NCBI GenBank assembly: GCA_000165425.1
Contig: CT868028.1
Coordinates: 62,001-108,751 of the forward strand
Source of the DNA: Paramecium tetraurelia
Taxonomy: Eukaryota
Length of the DNA: 46,751 bases
Reading direction: 5' to 3'
The notes below the pieces were generated by a model. The model worked only from the letters and a program-made list of their open reading frames with translations, was not told the origin of the DNA and searched no databases. Shown one piece after another: positions 1 through 11,911 of this stretch. The position numbers and the translations under genes are program-made. Position 1 is the first letter of the stretch; every line of letters starts with the position of its first letter.

Positions 1-281
1 TGTCTTGTTCTCACTGCAAATTTGAGGATATATTCAAAATTCGAGTCCAAACCATATTTTTCAATCTGCAGGGTGTTTTTCTGGGTGATAGGAGGAGAAT
101 GATGTTACTACTTTTTTATGGATCTAGCAGAATTCTTTTCATGTAAACTGAAGAGTGGTTTTCTGAGAGTCACAGGCGAAAACGAGTTTTAATATGGATT
201 CACCTTAAATTATGGATTGACATGGTTTGTCAATTTTAATGGCAAGAGTTGTTGTTTGTATTTATTATTTAATTATTTCAT
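1..281 (-). CDS. 5' part of a gene, possibly a PP2C-family phosphatase (runs off the window edge)
   Basis: ATG at 281, open in code 6 to base 1: MKQLNNKYKQQLLPLKLTNH...KYGLDSNFEYILKFAVRTR. 'FAVRTR' resembles the first strand of ciliate PP2C domains; the catalytic part is outside the window. Confidence 0.5.
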
Positions 282-292
282 AATTTATTAAT

Positions 293-1164
293 TCAGACAT
301 CAAATCCAAAGTACCCCAATATGTATTGGATTTTCTCTCCTTCATTGACTTGCCATCTACTAAGTATTGATTGCCAAATGAATTCAATTATTCTTATATT
401 ATCTTGCTATCCATTTCTGTATGCCAACCCATAATCATAAGAAACCTTATGCCAAAGTTCTGGTCATTCTTCTTTATTGTATAAGTCCCCTTGAGTATTC
501 ATTTAGACTTGAACCATCCTTATAATAGTACACAATCGTGATATATTTCAAATCCATGACAACAGGACCCTTACTTATAATGTGATCTTGTATGTCTTGG
601 GTTACTGTAAGTTCTATAAGATCATTAGCTTTCAACGCTGATTTCTTCAAACTTAAGTCGTCTCATCTGATTAGACATTTGTTCTTTAGCTTGAAATTGA
701 CAGTCTGCTTATATGAAAGACATTTATTGATACTAAGACCGTTCTCTGTCAAATAGCTTGTTTATTTAGTAAGTTAAGGTGATACTTCTTAATACTATTA
801 ATAATCCGTAATGATTTGGAAGTAGAAGAACATTTTTCTTCATCCCATTTGGTATATTGCAATAATTCCTCTACTTAAAGACAAGGTTACTTGAATGTTG
901 ATTTGAGACAATTAGTCAAGTTTTGGTAGAGATGTGAACCCCCAATTTTCTCTTTGGCAAAGACCCTGCCATATAATGGATTGAATACTTCAAGGAACAC
1001 TGTCTAATAGCAATTGTCCATCTGGGTTATCAGATTAGAGTGCTTCAAATCCAGATGTCACATCAGATTCCTTTGGGCGATATATGAGGATACTAGGAGT
1101 CTATTCTAGACCAACAAGGGTAACAACTAACTACGATTATTGTGAGTGTAGTATATCTATTCAT
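293..1164 (-). pseudogene. decayed papain-family (C1A, cathepsin B-like) cysteine protease
   Basis: Papain-like blocks in shifting frames: IIWQGLCQRENWGF (cf. NQGxCGSCWAF), SYLTENGLSINKCLSY, QDHIISKGPVVMDLKYITIVYYYKDG, FLMIMGWHTE, NSFGNQYLVDG. In-frame TGA at 990-992 and 663-665, plus frameshifts. Confidence 0.7.
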
Positions 1165-1204
1165 TATATAATAATATTGAGACTGTTAATTATTTTAAAT
1201 TCCA

Positions 1205-2838
1205 ATGAAGCATAGAGCAGCTGCGAATAGTCTGAATCAGAAGGAGAATGAAAAATGCATAGGCAATCAATATTCATACAAGTCAAGACCTCCTTTGTAA
1301 TAAGATTTACTGATGAGCTTAAAGAATTAACAACTCAGAAATCTTGATGCCATCAGTTAGATTCTATAATCCAAAATTTGTAAAGTTGAAAAACGTGATA
1401 ATGTTGAATACTTCAAATTCGACTTCAAAAAATAACAGAATATCTGTGACAGAGTTAAGTTTCTTAGTAATTAACCTGACGATGATATCAATAAAACTGA
1501 GATCTTTAAAGCTCAATATAAGGTTGGGAGTCGCATCGGCCAAGGAGCTTATGCCTCTGTCAGAGTGGCTATTTAAATTGAAACTGGCACTAAGGTGGCT
1601 ATCAAAATATACGAGAAATCTAAAATACGCGATTTATAGCGTCGCAAAGGAGTGCGTAGAGAAATCGAAATTCTTGAAAAGTTGGATCATCCAAATATTG
1701 TCAAGATCATCGACACCTTGGAATCCAATAATCATGTCAATATTATTATAGAATATGTGAGTGGAAGTTCACTCCACCATTTCATTCGAAAATAATAGGT
1801 ATACTCTTTATATCAATCTCATTAGGAACGCAGACTCGATGAAGACACTGCTAAAACTATATTTAAATAGATCCTTGATGCTGTTTAATATTGTCACTCC
1901 AAAAACATTGCTCACAGAGATCTCAAATTAGAAAACATTCTACTAGAAGCCTAAACACCCAAACTCATAGATTTTGGCTTCTCCACTTCCTTTCCCATCG
2001 ACAAGAAAGTCAAAATGTTCTGTGGTACCCCTAGTTATATGGCTCCAGAAATCGTCACCAGGTAAGAGTATCGAGGTGATAAATCAGATGTTTGGGCCTT
2101 AGGAGTCGTCCTCTTCACTATGTTACAAGGAGTCTTCCCCTTCAAAGGAGATACCGATGCAGAACTCTATTCTAAGATTTAATCAGGAGAATTCACTATC
2201 ACTCATGACATATCCAAAGAAGCCATCGCATTACTCTATGGAATGCTCACAACTGATCCTGATGAAAGACCCACTGTAATTGAATTACTCAATTACCCTT
2301 GGTTTAAGAAAAATGACTTAAGTGATGAAAAAGAGGACGTCAAAAAGAAACATAAACTACCTTAAGATCTAATTGAAGATCTTAATACAATTACTAAAAA
2401 TATGTCCTTCATTACTCCTACTAGTTAAATCAAATAATAATTTTGCTTTGATTTCTCGCATCTAAAAAATTATTCCAAACCCAGCACCAATAAGGTATAC
2501 ATCTATTCTATCAATAGGCTATCATCCCTAAGCCTTCCTACTTTACTACTACCAATGCCTAAGCCAAATCGAGAGAACCCTAGTTTTTCAAAGTTGAAAA
2601 AATATTAACTAAAAATGACAGACACACTACTACTCATTCAAAGGAAAGACATCCTACTTTATCGAAAGAAAGACAATCCTCCTATAGTTTTGAATCTAGT
2701 AGAGGATTGTCCCAGAAAAAGAATCCTCATCAGTTGACTGTCCATCCTAGTTTCATACCAAGTGAAAAGAGTTTTCACTCTTTCAAAAGTCCTTAAATGG
2801 CTATGAATGATAAACGTTTCAATTTTTTTTATAATTGA
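1205..2838 (+). CDS. Ser/Thr protein kinase, CAMK group (AMPK/MARK-like)
   Basis: IGQGAYASV, VAIKIYEK, HRDLKLENIL, IDFGFS, CGTPSYMAPE, DVWALGV; introns 1799-1825 and 2495-2517; TGA at 2836-2838. Confidence 0.93.
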
Positions 2839-2911
2839 CTTTTAATTGTGTAATAATGATTGTGTGAATGAATATTAAAAGAAGCATTATAAATAACATA
2901 AAAAAATTTGA

Positions 2912-4070
2912 TCATTCAGAGGTGATTCTATAATTCTCAGACCATATCAGACGCTGATTTTAGTTGGCTTAAATTCCACATAAAAAATTCTATATATATT
3001 GATGATCTTTACATTTGTGAATATTGGTTCAATTGAAATGATATTAGAAGAATGTCTCCAATAAAAAGTACCTGAAAAATGACTTAAGTATGGTGAAATT
3101 GTAAAATACTTGTCTATTGGTTCATTAGGATTTTAATAAAACTAATTTTTGTCTTCTTGTTGCTCCTGAGGATAAGTGAATTTAATATTTTCTAGTTTGA
3201 TTTTATTTGTTGTAAAAATGGGTTTCTTCTATTTAATATTCTCGATTATTTTTTATTGTCTTTTTAAGTCTTATGATAGTTTAAGAGACCTCCTTTGTTT
3301 TAATTTCTTAAGCTTAGCCTTCTCTGCCTATTTACTAATCTTTCTCTTTAAATAAATATCGCTAGAATAATGAGATCAAATTACTTTTGCTCTCCAAGGT
3401 AGTTCATTATTAATTTCACTTATTCTATCGTTTGATGATCAACTTTAACACCAACTTCGATATTTTTGTTGCTTCGTATTAACTATTTAAACAGAGTCTT
3501 CATCTCTTCATCTATTTTTAAAATTTTATCATTTTCTTCCTCATCATGACAATATATACTAGAAATTAAGAGTGGCTGTATTCTGGCAATTATTAGGGAA
3601 CCTGTGTAATCAAAAAATAAATACTTTCTGTAGTTTAATATGCAGCTTTAATCAATCTGCGAATTATTTTCTTAACATGAGCATAAAATTTATTCTTTAT
3701 GTCCTAATCAGTTCTATTGTTCAACTATCCAGCAATTATTGTCTATGGTTTGATAAAAATATTTACCCATTTATTACCATGTACTTCAATTAAATCAAAG
3801 AGTAAATCTATTTCTTTTTCAGTTAGATCAGCCTTATTATAGGCGCTGTCTAGATGATTTGAAAACCTCTCTCTACATGCTTTAGTGTCCCTATTAAATC
3901 CATGCTATTTTAGATGCTTTGAAATTATTTTCCAAGCTAGCCTATCGTTTTGGAATTTTTTCACTAATTTCCTTAAAAAGCTAGTCTTCCTTTTGATATT
4001 TTTACAAAAATACTTGGATTATCCAAGGCTTTCGTTTCTATTTAATTTCTTGAGGGGGTTAGTTCACCAT
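2912..4070 (-). CDS. Myb-domain transcription factor (two repeats; apparent frameshift)
   Basis: RKPW..ED..LRKLVKKFQNDRLAWKIISKHL...RDTKACRERFSNHL...HGNKW..IAGQLNNRTDQDIKNKFY; several 23-24 nt introns. One extra base in the A-run at 3975-3979 breaks the frame. Confidence 0.82.
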
Positions 4071-4589
4071 ATAAATATTATAAAAATATAACTAATTTAG
4101 AATTATTATTCACATACTTGTACTGAAATTTTCGATTCTACCTAATGAATACCAAAGTAAGTAATTTTCCTCTTAATAAAAAAATAATTCATTTTCCTTA
4201 CAACTTACTTCATTTCAACAGACGCTATATTGAAATTTCAATAATCGCAAAAAATGGAAGTTGCAAATATTTATTCTAGTATATTTTTGAAAATAATTTT
4301 GTGTAAAATTAACTTTCTCCTTGCTATGATAGATAGAGAGAATGTACTTCCACTTCATTAAAACAGTACTCAAACGTACCCATACATTTAGTGAATGCAT
4401 GTGTAAGTAGATTGTTTATATGATAATTTGAGCATTCATTCTTATGACTTGTTTGAATACACTATTCATATTCCGATTGATTGATAATAAGTCAGACAAG
4501 TTTATTAATAAGAAAGTTATTATAAAAAGAAATAATTAGTTCTGATTTTTGGATTATTAATTTAATAAAGAATTTTATAAAACTCATTC

Positions 4590-5408
4590 ATGGCAAATAG
4601 ATGTTAATTTGAAAACTCCAATGATATTGGTGTTTTTTCTAAACTTACAAACTCATATTGTCTTGTTGCACTTGGAGGAAGTGAAAATTTCTACTCAGTG
4701 TTTGAATCTGAACTTGGATTAAGTATGCCAGTCATCCATTGTTCAATTGGAGGTACCAGAATTATCGGAAGATTGACTGCAGGTATCGTATATTTTTTAA
4801 ATGAAAACAGGAAATAAAAATGGATTATTGGTACCAAATACATGCACTGACTAAGAACTCAAGTAAATTAGAAATTCATTACCAGATGAAGTTAAATGTA
4901 AATATGTAAATTAATATTATAGGTTAAAAGAGTCGAAGAGAAATTATCTGCTTTAGGTAATTAGCGTGGCTTGTAATGATTATGTTGCTTTGATACATTC
5001 TGACTTGGACAAAGAGACAGAGGAAATCATTGCTGATACTTTGGGAGTTGAAGTGTTCAGAACAACTGTGGCTTAATAGGTTTTGGTTGGAACTTATTGT
5101 TGCTTTAATAATCAAGGAGGATTGGTGCACCCCTTGACAACAGTAGAAGAATTAGATGAATTAGCCAATTTATTGCAAATACCATTGTGTGCTGGTACTG
5201 TGAACAGAGGTAGTGATATCATAGCCTCTGGTCTTGTTGTTAATGACATTGCTGCTTTTTGTGGTACATATTGAATATAAACTTCATAGGTTTGGATACA
5301 ACATCCACAGAAATCACAGTTATTGAAAAGATCTTCAAATTGTAAGATAAAAATAAGTAAAATATGGAAGTGCAAATTCGTTAAGATATGATGCAAGAGT
5401 TGGAATGA
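4590..5408 (+). CDS. eIF6: eukaryotic translation initiation factor 6
   Basis: [39 protein letters not shown]...[19 protein letters not shown]...[29 protein letters not shown]; three tiny introns; apparent 1-nt insertions at about 4897 and 4963. Confidence 0.96.
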
Positions 5409-5440
5409 TCTAATAATTATGTTGATTAATGTTATATATA

Positions 5441-6404
5441 TCATTTATTATCAACATTATCTGTTGAATCCTAATCATGATTGATCATACTATGATATTT
5501 ATTGAATTCTGATCTAATGAACTCTACTTTTTGATTTAATTCACCATAATTTTCAGTTTCATCTTTTTTCATCTCAGCCTGAAAATTCTAAGCCTTATTA
5601 CACAAAGCCAAGATATCCTACAGATACTATTATTAACTCTTTTTCTTCTAAATCCCAGATTTTTGCTAAGCCTGTGGAGAACATTAAACTAATGGAAATA
5701 AAATAAAACTCTAATTCTATCTTTGTGGAGAGTTGATTTTACTAGTCTTATCTTAAGAATACGAATTTTTCTGAAGATTGCTCCTTTGATGATTGAGTTA
5801 TTCATCCTAAGGGATACCAATTTTTTTATAATACTTTTTGAATCTCATATAGAAAGGATCCATTTTAATTCCAATTGTTTTTGGTGTAGTTCCTATAGGG
5901 GATTATTATTGAGATTTAATATCTTCAATTCTTAGGTCTATTGACTATCTTCGAGTCAAAAACTTAGTATTATTTTTTTTTAGTTTTTGAGGATTTGGAA
6001 AGAGTTCACTTGAGGATTGTCTTAGAATATGAGAATTATTTGGTTTTCCCAAACTAATTCTGGATTTTTCTAAGATGTTCCTACAATTTTTTGATAAAAT
6101 GCTCCATTTTTCTTCTCTTATTTCATCCAATTATACTGGAGGCTCTAAATCTATCTTCTCGAAAGTATTTAAGTAGGTTGGTTATGGTTTAGTTTGTGGT
6201 TGATGATATTCAACTTTGTGAAGAGGAGCCTATAATTTCTCATCATTCTTGGTCTTCATCATATACTTAACAACTCCTGGAGCTAAATCATCCTTGATTG
6301 TCCTTATTTTGATGTCTAATTTTTCCCTTCTTAACTAATGAATTTATCATAGATACTTATTCTGGACTTTTATGCATCTAGGATTTATCAAAGTTTAATT
6401 ACAT
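5441..6404 (-). CDS. hypothetical protein
   Basis: Long code-6 frame MQLNFDKSQMHKSPEQ/LRREKLDIKIRTIKDDLAPGVVKY... with a 22-nt GTA..TAG intron; TGA at 5441-5443; no recognisable domain. Confidence 0.7.
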
Positions 6405-7082
6405 TATTTTAATAATATGTGTTAAATAATTAATGTTTTTTTTTCATTTGGTCTCAGGGCAATCCAAGGTTCTTAAAGTATAAAACATGGTTTATTAATA
6501 TGCTCTTGTACATTGATATCTCAAAGCAAATGGATTAATTAATATATCAACCACTTTAAAATTTGGCCCTTTTCTGGAATATTTTTTGGTGTTTTTTTGA
6601 TGAGATTTTGCTTACTTTTTGTATTTGGTTAGAGATGGTCTAGAAATTTAAATTGAGAATGGATTTGCTTGGATACTTGAATAGGGAAGGCCAAAATAAT
6701 TATTATTATAATAAAAATTCCTATTAATTTCCGATGGAAATGCAGAATCTATATTAATCAGTAATAAAGAAAAAAATATTAATTTTATATTAATTTGAGA
6801 TATATTTAAACAAAAATTATAATTCGATGCATTTTAAAAAACATAGACATCGATAAAGATGGAATAATGAAAAAATTAATTTGGATTAAGATTTGCTATG
6901 ATGCTATGAGGTAGATCATTTTGTGGTATCCTGATTTGGAGTGCACATTGACATTTTGGGAATAGTGTAGACAATGTGCAATATTCCATTTACAATAAAT
7001 TAAATTAAGATTTTAGCAGATTATAATAAATAAATTCATACGTAGTTAGTATAGGGAATTTAAAATAATAATATACAGGTAA

Positions 7083-8051
7083 ATGAACATTTCTGAGGCT
7101 AGAACAGCTGGTTAATCACCACCTCAAAAATTCTCGAAGTTAAACCAATCTTAATAATTAATTCCTGAAGAATGTCTTCCTCCCACTCTTCAAAGTCTCT
7201 ATCTTTCTCCTAGAAGGGATGCTTATAAAAAAGGAATCAAGAAAACTTATAAAATGAAAGTATCCCTTATTACTAACTCACAATTTAGGATAATGAGAGG
7301 AAGAAGATGGTATGGTGTAATATATATGTGAATGAAATGGATCCAATCTAATTGGCTAGGTCAAAAAAAGGAAGTATGAAAATTAAAATACTTGTTTAGA
7401 GTAGTGTCGTATTTGCTCGATGGAGGAGGAAACATCAAGATTCGTATATCCATGTATGTGTAGTGGAACAGCAAAATATGTGCACGAGGAGTGCCTTAAA
7501 AATTGGATTCTCTTAAAGAATGGAGTTGAAAAGGTTTATAAAAATGATGTAAGCAAATTATTATTATAATGTATCAGATTAAATGTGAAGTTTGCTAACA
7601 TAAGATATCTATGAAGGTTCAATTTCAAGAAGAAGTACACTCATCAATATTTTAAGAAGTGCCTAAACATTAAAAAGCCTGTTGGCTGATATTAATCTTT
7701 ATAATTTTATTATAGATAGCTGGAGCTGTTATATTGGGAGTCTTGGTTGGCTTTTCCAATGTCGGCTTAGCGGCAGCTATTACTTTATTGGGAGTTATTT
7801 CAATCGTGTTGATAATTTATCTTGTTGCAAAGGTTATGCACAGCTTAACAGTTGAAACCATTGTCTAATGGGTGTTTCAAAATTACCAAAAAGAATATAG
7901 TCCCGATAAGATTGGAACTATTATTAACATCCCCCAATAATCGGTAATAAACACAAGTCCAAGGAGTCCCAGACAAAGAAGACAATCCTGTGTACCCCAA
8001 TTCTCTGGGCTTTAAATAATATAATTTGAATAATATCCCTCAGATGTTTGA
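7083..8051 (+). CDS. RING-CH (RINGv/MARCH-type) membrane E3 ubiquitin ligase
   Basis: CRICSMEEETSRFVYPCMCSGTAKYVHEECLKNWI...CEVC (C4HC3) followed by two hydrophobic TM segments; three short introns. Confidence 0.9.
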
Positions 8052-9450
8052 ACATCTAACATACGACTATTTAAACTATATAAATATGTACTCATCATTT
8101 TATAATAATATCCAAGATATTCTATATTGTCTAACTTCATTTTTGCATTAAAAATTTTGTCGGAATTATAATATATTTTTGAATAATTATTATTATACAC
8201 AATTGTTAATCATTTAATAAGTCTTCATCTACTATCATTTAATAATTATATTTTAATTATCAGGAGTACTTCTAATCCCTATCATTCATACTCTTCTTAT
8301 GACTCTTATGATTCTTCTATTCACATGATTTAAAATCTAATCCGATTCATTTTATGCTTTGAAAAATTGCTAAATCTCTTTGCAATTCTCAAAATTTCTA
8401 TAATGATTTGCCAACATCATCTTTTGCTTAGAAATAATGATTTTTGGAGTAATTATTTGAATATTTCAAGTTGGTTGATTCTATTAAATTTTTGGGTCAT
8501 CTAATTCATAAAATTCACATAACTCAGAAGATGAAAATTTTGAGAATGATCATTGTAAAGTGAACAACAATATGAGAAATATTTTATTCTGGTCAAACAT
8601 AAATGAATAAAGAATGATAAATTAATAAAATTAAAGCGTGGATTTTAATTGATCTTTAATTAATTTCAATGCATATTATATATCAACTGATATACTCATC
8701 AAGTACAACCAATTTATGATATTCAAAATTAATACTAAGGATATACACCCTCGATTCTTAAACTTACTTATTTCATTTTTATATTAAAGAAATCAGAATT
8801 ATCAAAAAATTAATTTGAATAATTAAAGAAAATAAATGATTAAACATTATAAATATTTAAACACAACTAAAGAGATTAATGTCTATTATGACCTCGAAAC
8901 TTATTTCCTAAAACACATTTCTTCAATGATTAGTTGAATCTATTATTGTAATTAAGAAACTATTATTTAGTATTTCGGCGACTATTTTAATTTGCAAGCG
9001 TGATATCTATTAAAGATAGTAAACACTTTAATACTAAAAAAAATAAACTTAGATCATAAAGAAAATAAATCAGACTACTGAATAGAGAGATATCATTTTA
9101 TAAGTAGCTTAGATACAGATTAGGTTAATTAGCACCCGCATTTAGACACGGTTACTTAAAATTATTAAGACTTGAAATTGAAAAGTATTATATTTTGCAT
9201 TTAATAATAGTATATTAGTATATGACTTTAATTATTAGGAGTAATTGACATAAAAAATCATTTAGAAATTGAACCAAAATATATAAAACTATACACAAGA
9301 CTATGTTTACTGTTAATCAAAGAACCTCAACTAACTATAGTCAAAAAGAAATAAAATCTCACTTTGTTAAAATTCAACTTCTAAAGTAAATCCAATTAGT
9401 ATTTTATGAAAGGAATAAAAGAAAGAAGAACTTCTCTTATTAAACCAAAA

Positions 9451-9505
9451 GATAGAGAAAAATACCAAAAAAAAAAAAAATTTTTTCGATAGAGAAAAAT
9501 ACCAA
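9451..9505. repeat. 18-bp direct repeat flanking a poly(A)/T tract
   Basis: GATAGAGAAAAATACCAA at 9451-9468 and 9488-9505, separated by an A-run and TTTTTTC. Confidence 0.85.
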
Positions 9506-10414
9506 TTCATAAGAAAGTTTAAATCTATGGGAAGTACATATATCGGAGGCTTATTTTATCCAAATTGCTCCCAATTCAAGTCATAGTATTAACAATTCAA
9601 GAGTTTATTTCTAATTTTGTGAATCTGATATTTTAGCAAAAAGGTTTCAATACTTCAACTAAATCAATACTGAATTATTCTCAATCAATCGAATATATTA
9701 TATGCTTTTAGTTTAATTGAGATCTTATTTAGTAATGCATTGAATAAATTGAATATTACGAAAATAATATTTTAGGAAATTAAACTATATTAAAGAGTAA
9801 TATTCTTTATGCTTTTCTTCCGAAATGAAATTTAAAAAGGAGTAAGGCTATCTTATACATTGATATATAATTTTTTTCCGAATTTTAAATAATATTACGA
9901 CTAAATAGTGCATAATTTAATATAAAAGTGCATCTGTTATTATTCCATTGCTATTCTATTATTTAGGGGTTGAAAATTGAAATATTTTTAGGTCTAATTT
10001 TAACTATATAGCAACGTCAGACAAATACATCATGCAATTCTTTAAAATACTGTCTTATTTTTGTTTCAACATGTTACAAAATCTTTTGATATTTATTTTA
10101 CACTTTTATTTACCTTTTGATAACAACTTTATATTTCAGTATATTAAACATATATAAATAAAATTCTGATCCTTCTATAATTATCCTTTAAATATTCTAG
10201 CAAAAGAAGAGATACTTAATCACCAAACTGTTAGGCCAATATTAAAATAATTTTCATTTCTCACCTCCATATATTCAGGGTAAAAATTATTAGGCGTGGT
10301 TAAACAAACTTATATTACAATAAGTAGGGAGAATTTTAGGAATGACTTACGATGCCTTCTCCATGTACTATTACATAGTTATAAAAAATAATGTAATCAT
10401 TGCTATTAAATGAA

Positions 10415-11434
10415 TCAATGTTTTCCATCTTTTGCTACTAATTTTTTGAATTCGTCATAAAGAACTAACACTAAAGATGGACTAATATATTTCCAATTAT
10501 ATGATAGATGTCTATAGAATACTGTTGGGCCTCTATTCGATAAGATTTTTGCAAAACAGTCTATGGCTCCCTAAATTTCTAAATATGGAGATTACTGAGT
10601 ATTCAACGTTAGTTTTTTGTCCAGCTTGAATCATCAACATCCTTCTTACGGTATCAAGTGGAGATGCAAGTATTTCAGATGTTGATACTACAAATTTAGC
10701 AAAGATTAATCTGGCAAACATGGATGAATTTCTTTAAGTAGTATCATCTCCCCAAATGGCTATTTTACCAGCATCGTAACCGCTAAAAGGATAATAAATT
10801 TAGATTACCCAAAGTATAAAGCTCTATAAACAAAAACAGACAATAGAGAGATGCCAAATCCTTAATAGATTACAGTGAAGCCTTCGGTTTTGATAATTTA
10901 ACCCAAGCAGTCCATCAATCCTTTGAATTGTCTTTCGTTTGCTCCCTTTCTGATATCTGCTGCTAATCTTGTTCTGCTGAAATCAAGAGGATACAAAATT
11001 AATAATCCAATACATCCTGCAAAACCACCACTTAACAATGAACCAGCAAAGAATCTATTTACTTTTATTGAATACCTGCCTGGTCTTTTTTGGGGATCAA
11101 CACCAGCTAAGAATTATCTTTTAAGAGCATCATTCATAGAAAAATTAATGGCCTATGTTGGGAAGTTTCTGATGAGATTAGCCAAATTTCCTCTCCAAAA
11201 TGAAAGAACACCCTCATATACAAACACTCGCTTGAACCAATCCAAAATTCCTAATCATAGTCTAAATATCTAATTGCTTGTATAAGGTGTTGTAATTCTA
11301 GTAGGATCAGTGGATAGCAACAATTTCACTCTTTCGATTGGGGCTGCAATTGTTTTTGCTATAGCTCCAGAAACACCACCTCCTAAAAAGTCATATAAGA
11401 AATTCGATGATCCACTTGTTGATGAGTGTGCCAT
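10415..11434 (-). CDS. mitochondrial ADP/ATP carrier family protein (divergent copy)
   Basis: [87 protein letters not shown]; four tiny introns, the first with a GC donor. Confidence 0.92.
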
Positions 11435-11911
11435 TTATAATTAATTTATTGTATGCAATAAATCTATTTAATAAAATTATTTTTGAAATGTTTTGAGTAT
11501 GGCAGAAAGCAAAATAACAAATTATAAAAGAGACCACATAAAAGCTAATTTACTAATACAAATTTAGGCCATATATAATAAAGAAGCGTAGCATTTTACT
11601 CACTTGTCTATCGCAATCGATTTATTAGTTAAGATTATTGGATACTTCTTAAATGATTCAGATATCAACTCATTAAAGAAATTATTTTTAAACCTGAAAT
11701 TGTATTCCATGATTAAATGATTTCTTGGTTAAGGTAGCTACTTAATTAATGATAAAATATTCTGATAAAGAGAATACCATTAAAGTCTACTATTGCATCC
11801 TGGGTTACTCAATTTGATTATATGTATTAGTAGAGTATATGTTATTTTATAAATATTTAGATTACATTTCAAATTGAATTATAGTTATCAAAGATAAATC
11901 ATATTAATATT

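Noticed and set aside
663..992. In-frame TGAs as selenocysteine codons
   Set aside because: They are accompanied by frameshifts and motif loss, and there is no room for a SECIS; pseudogene decay explains them.
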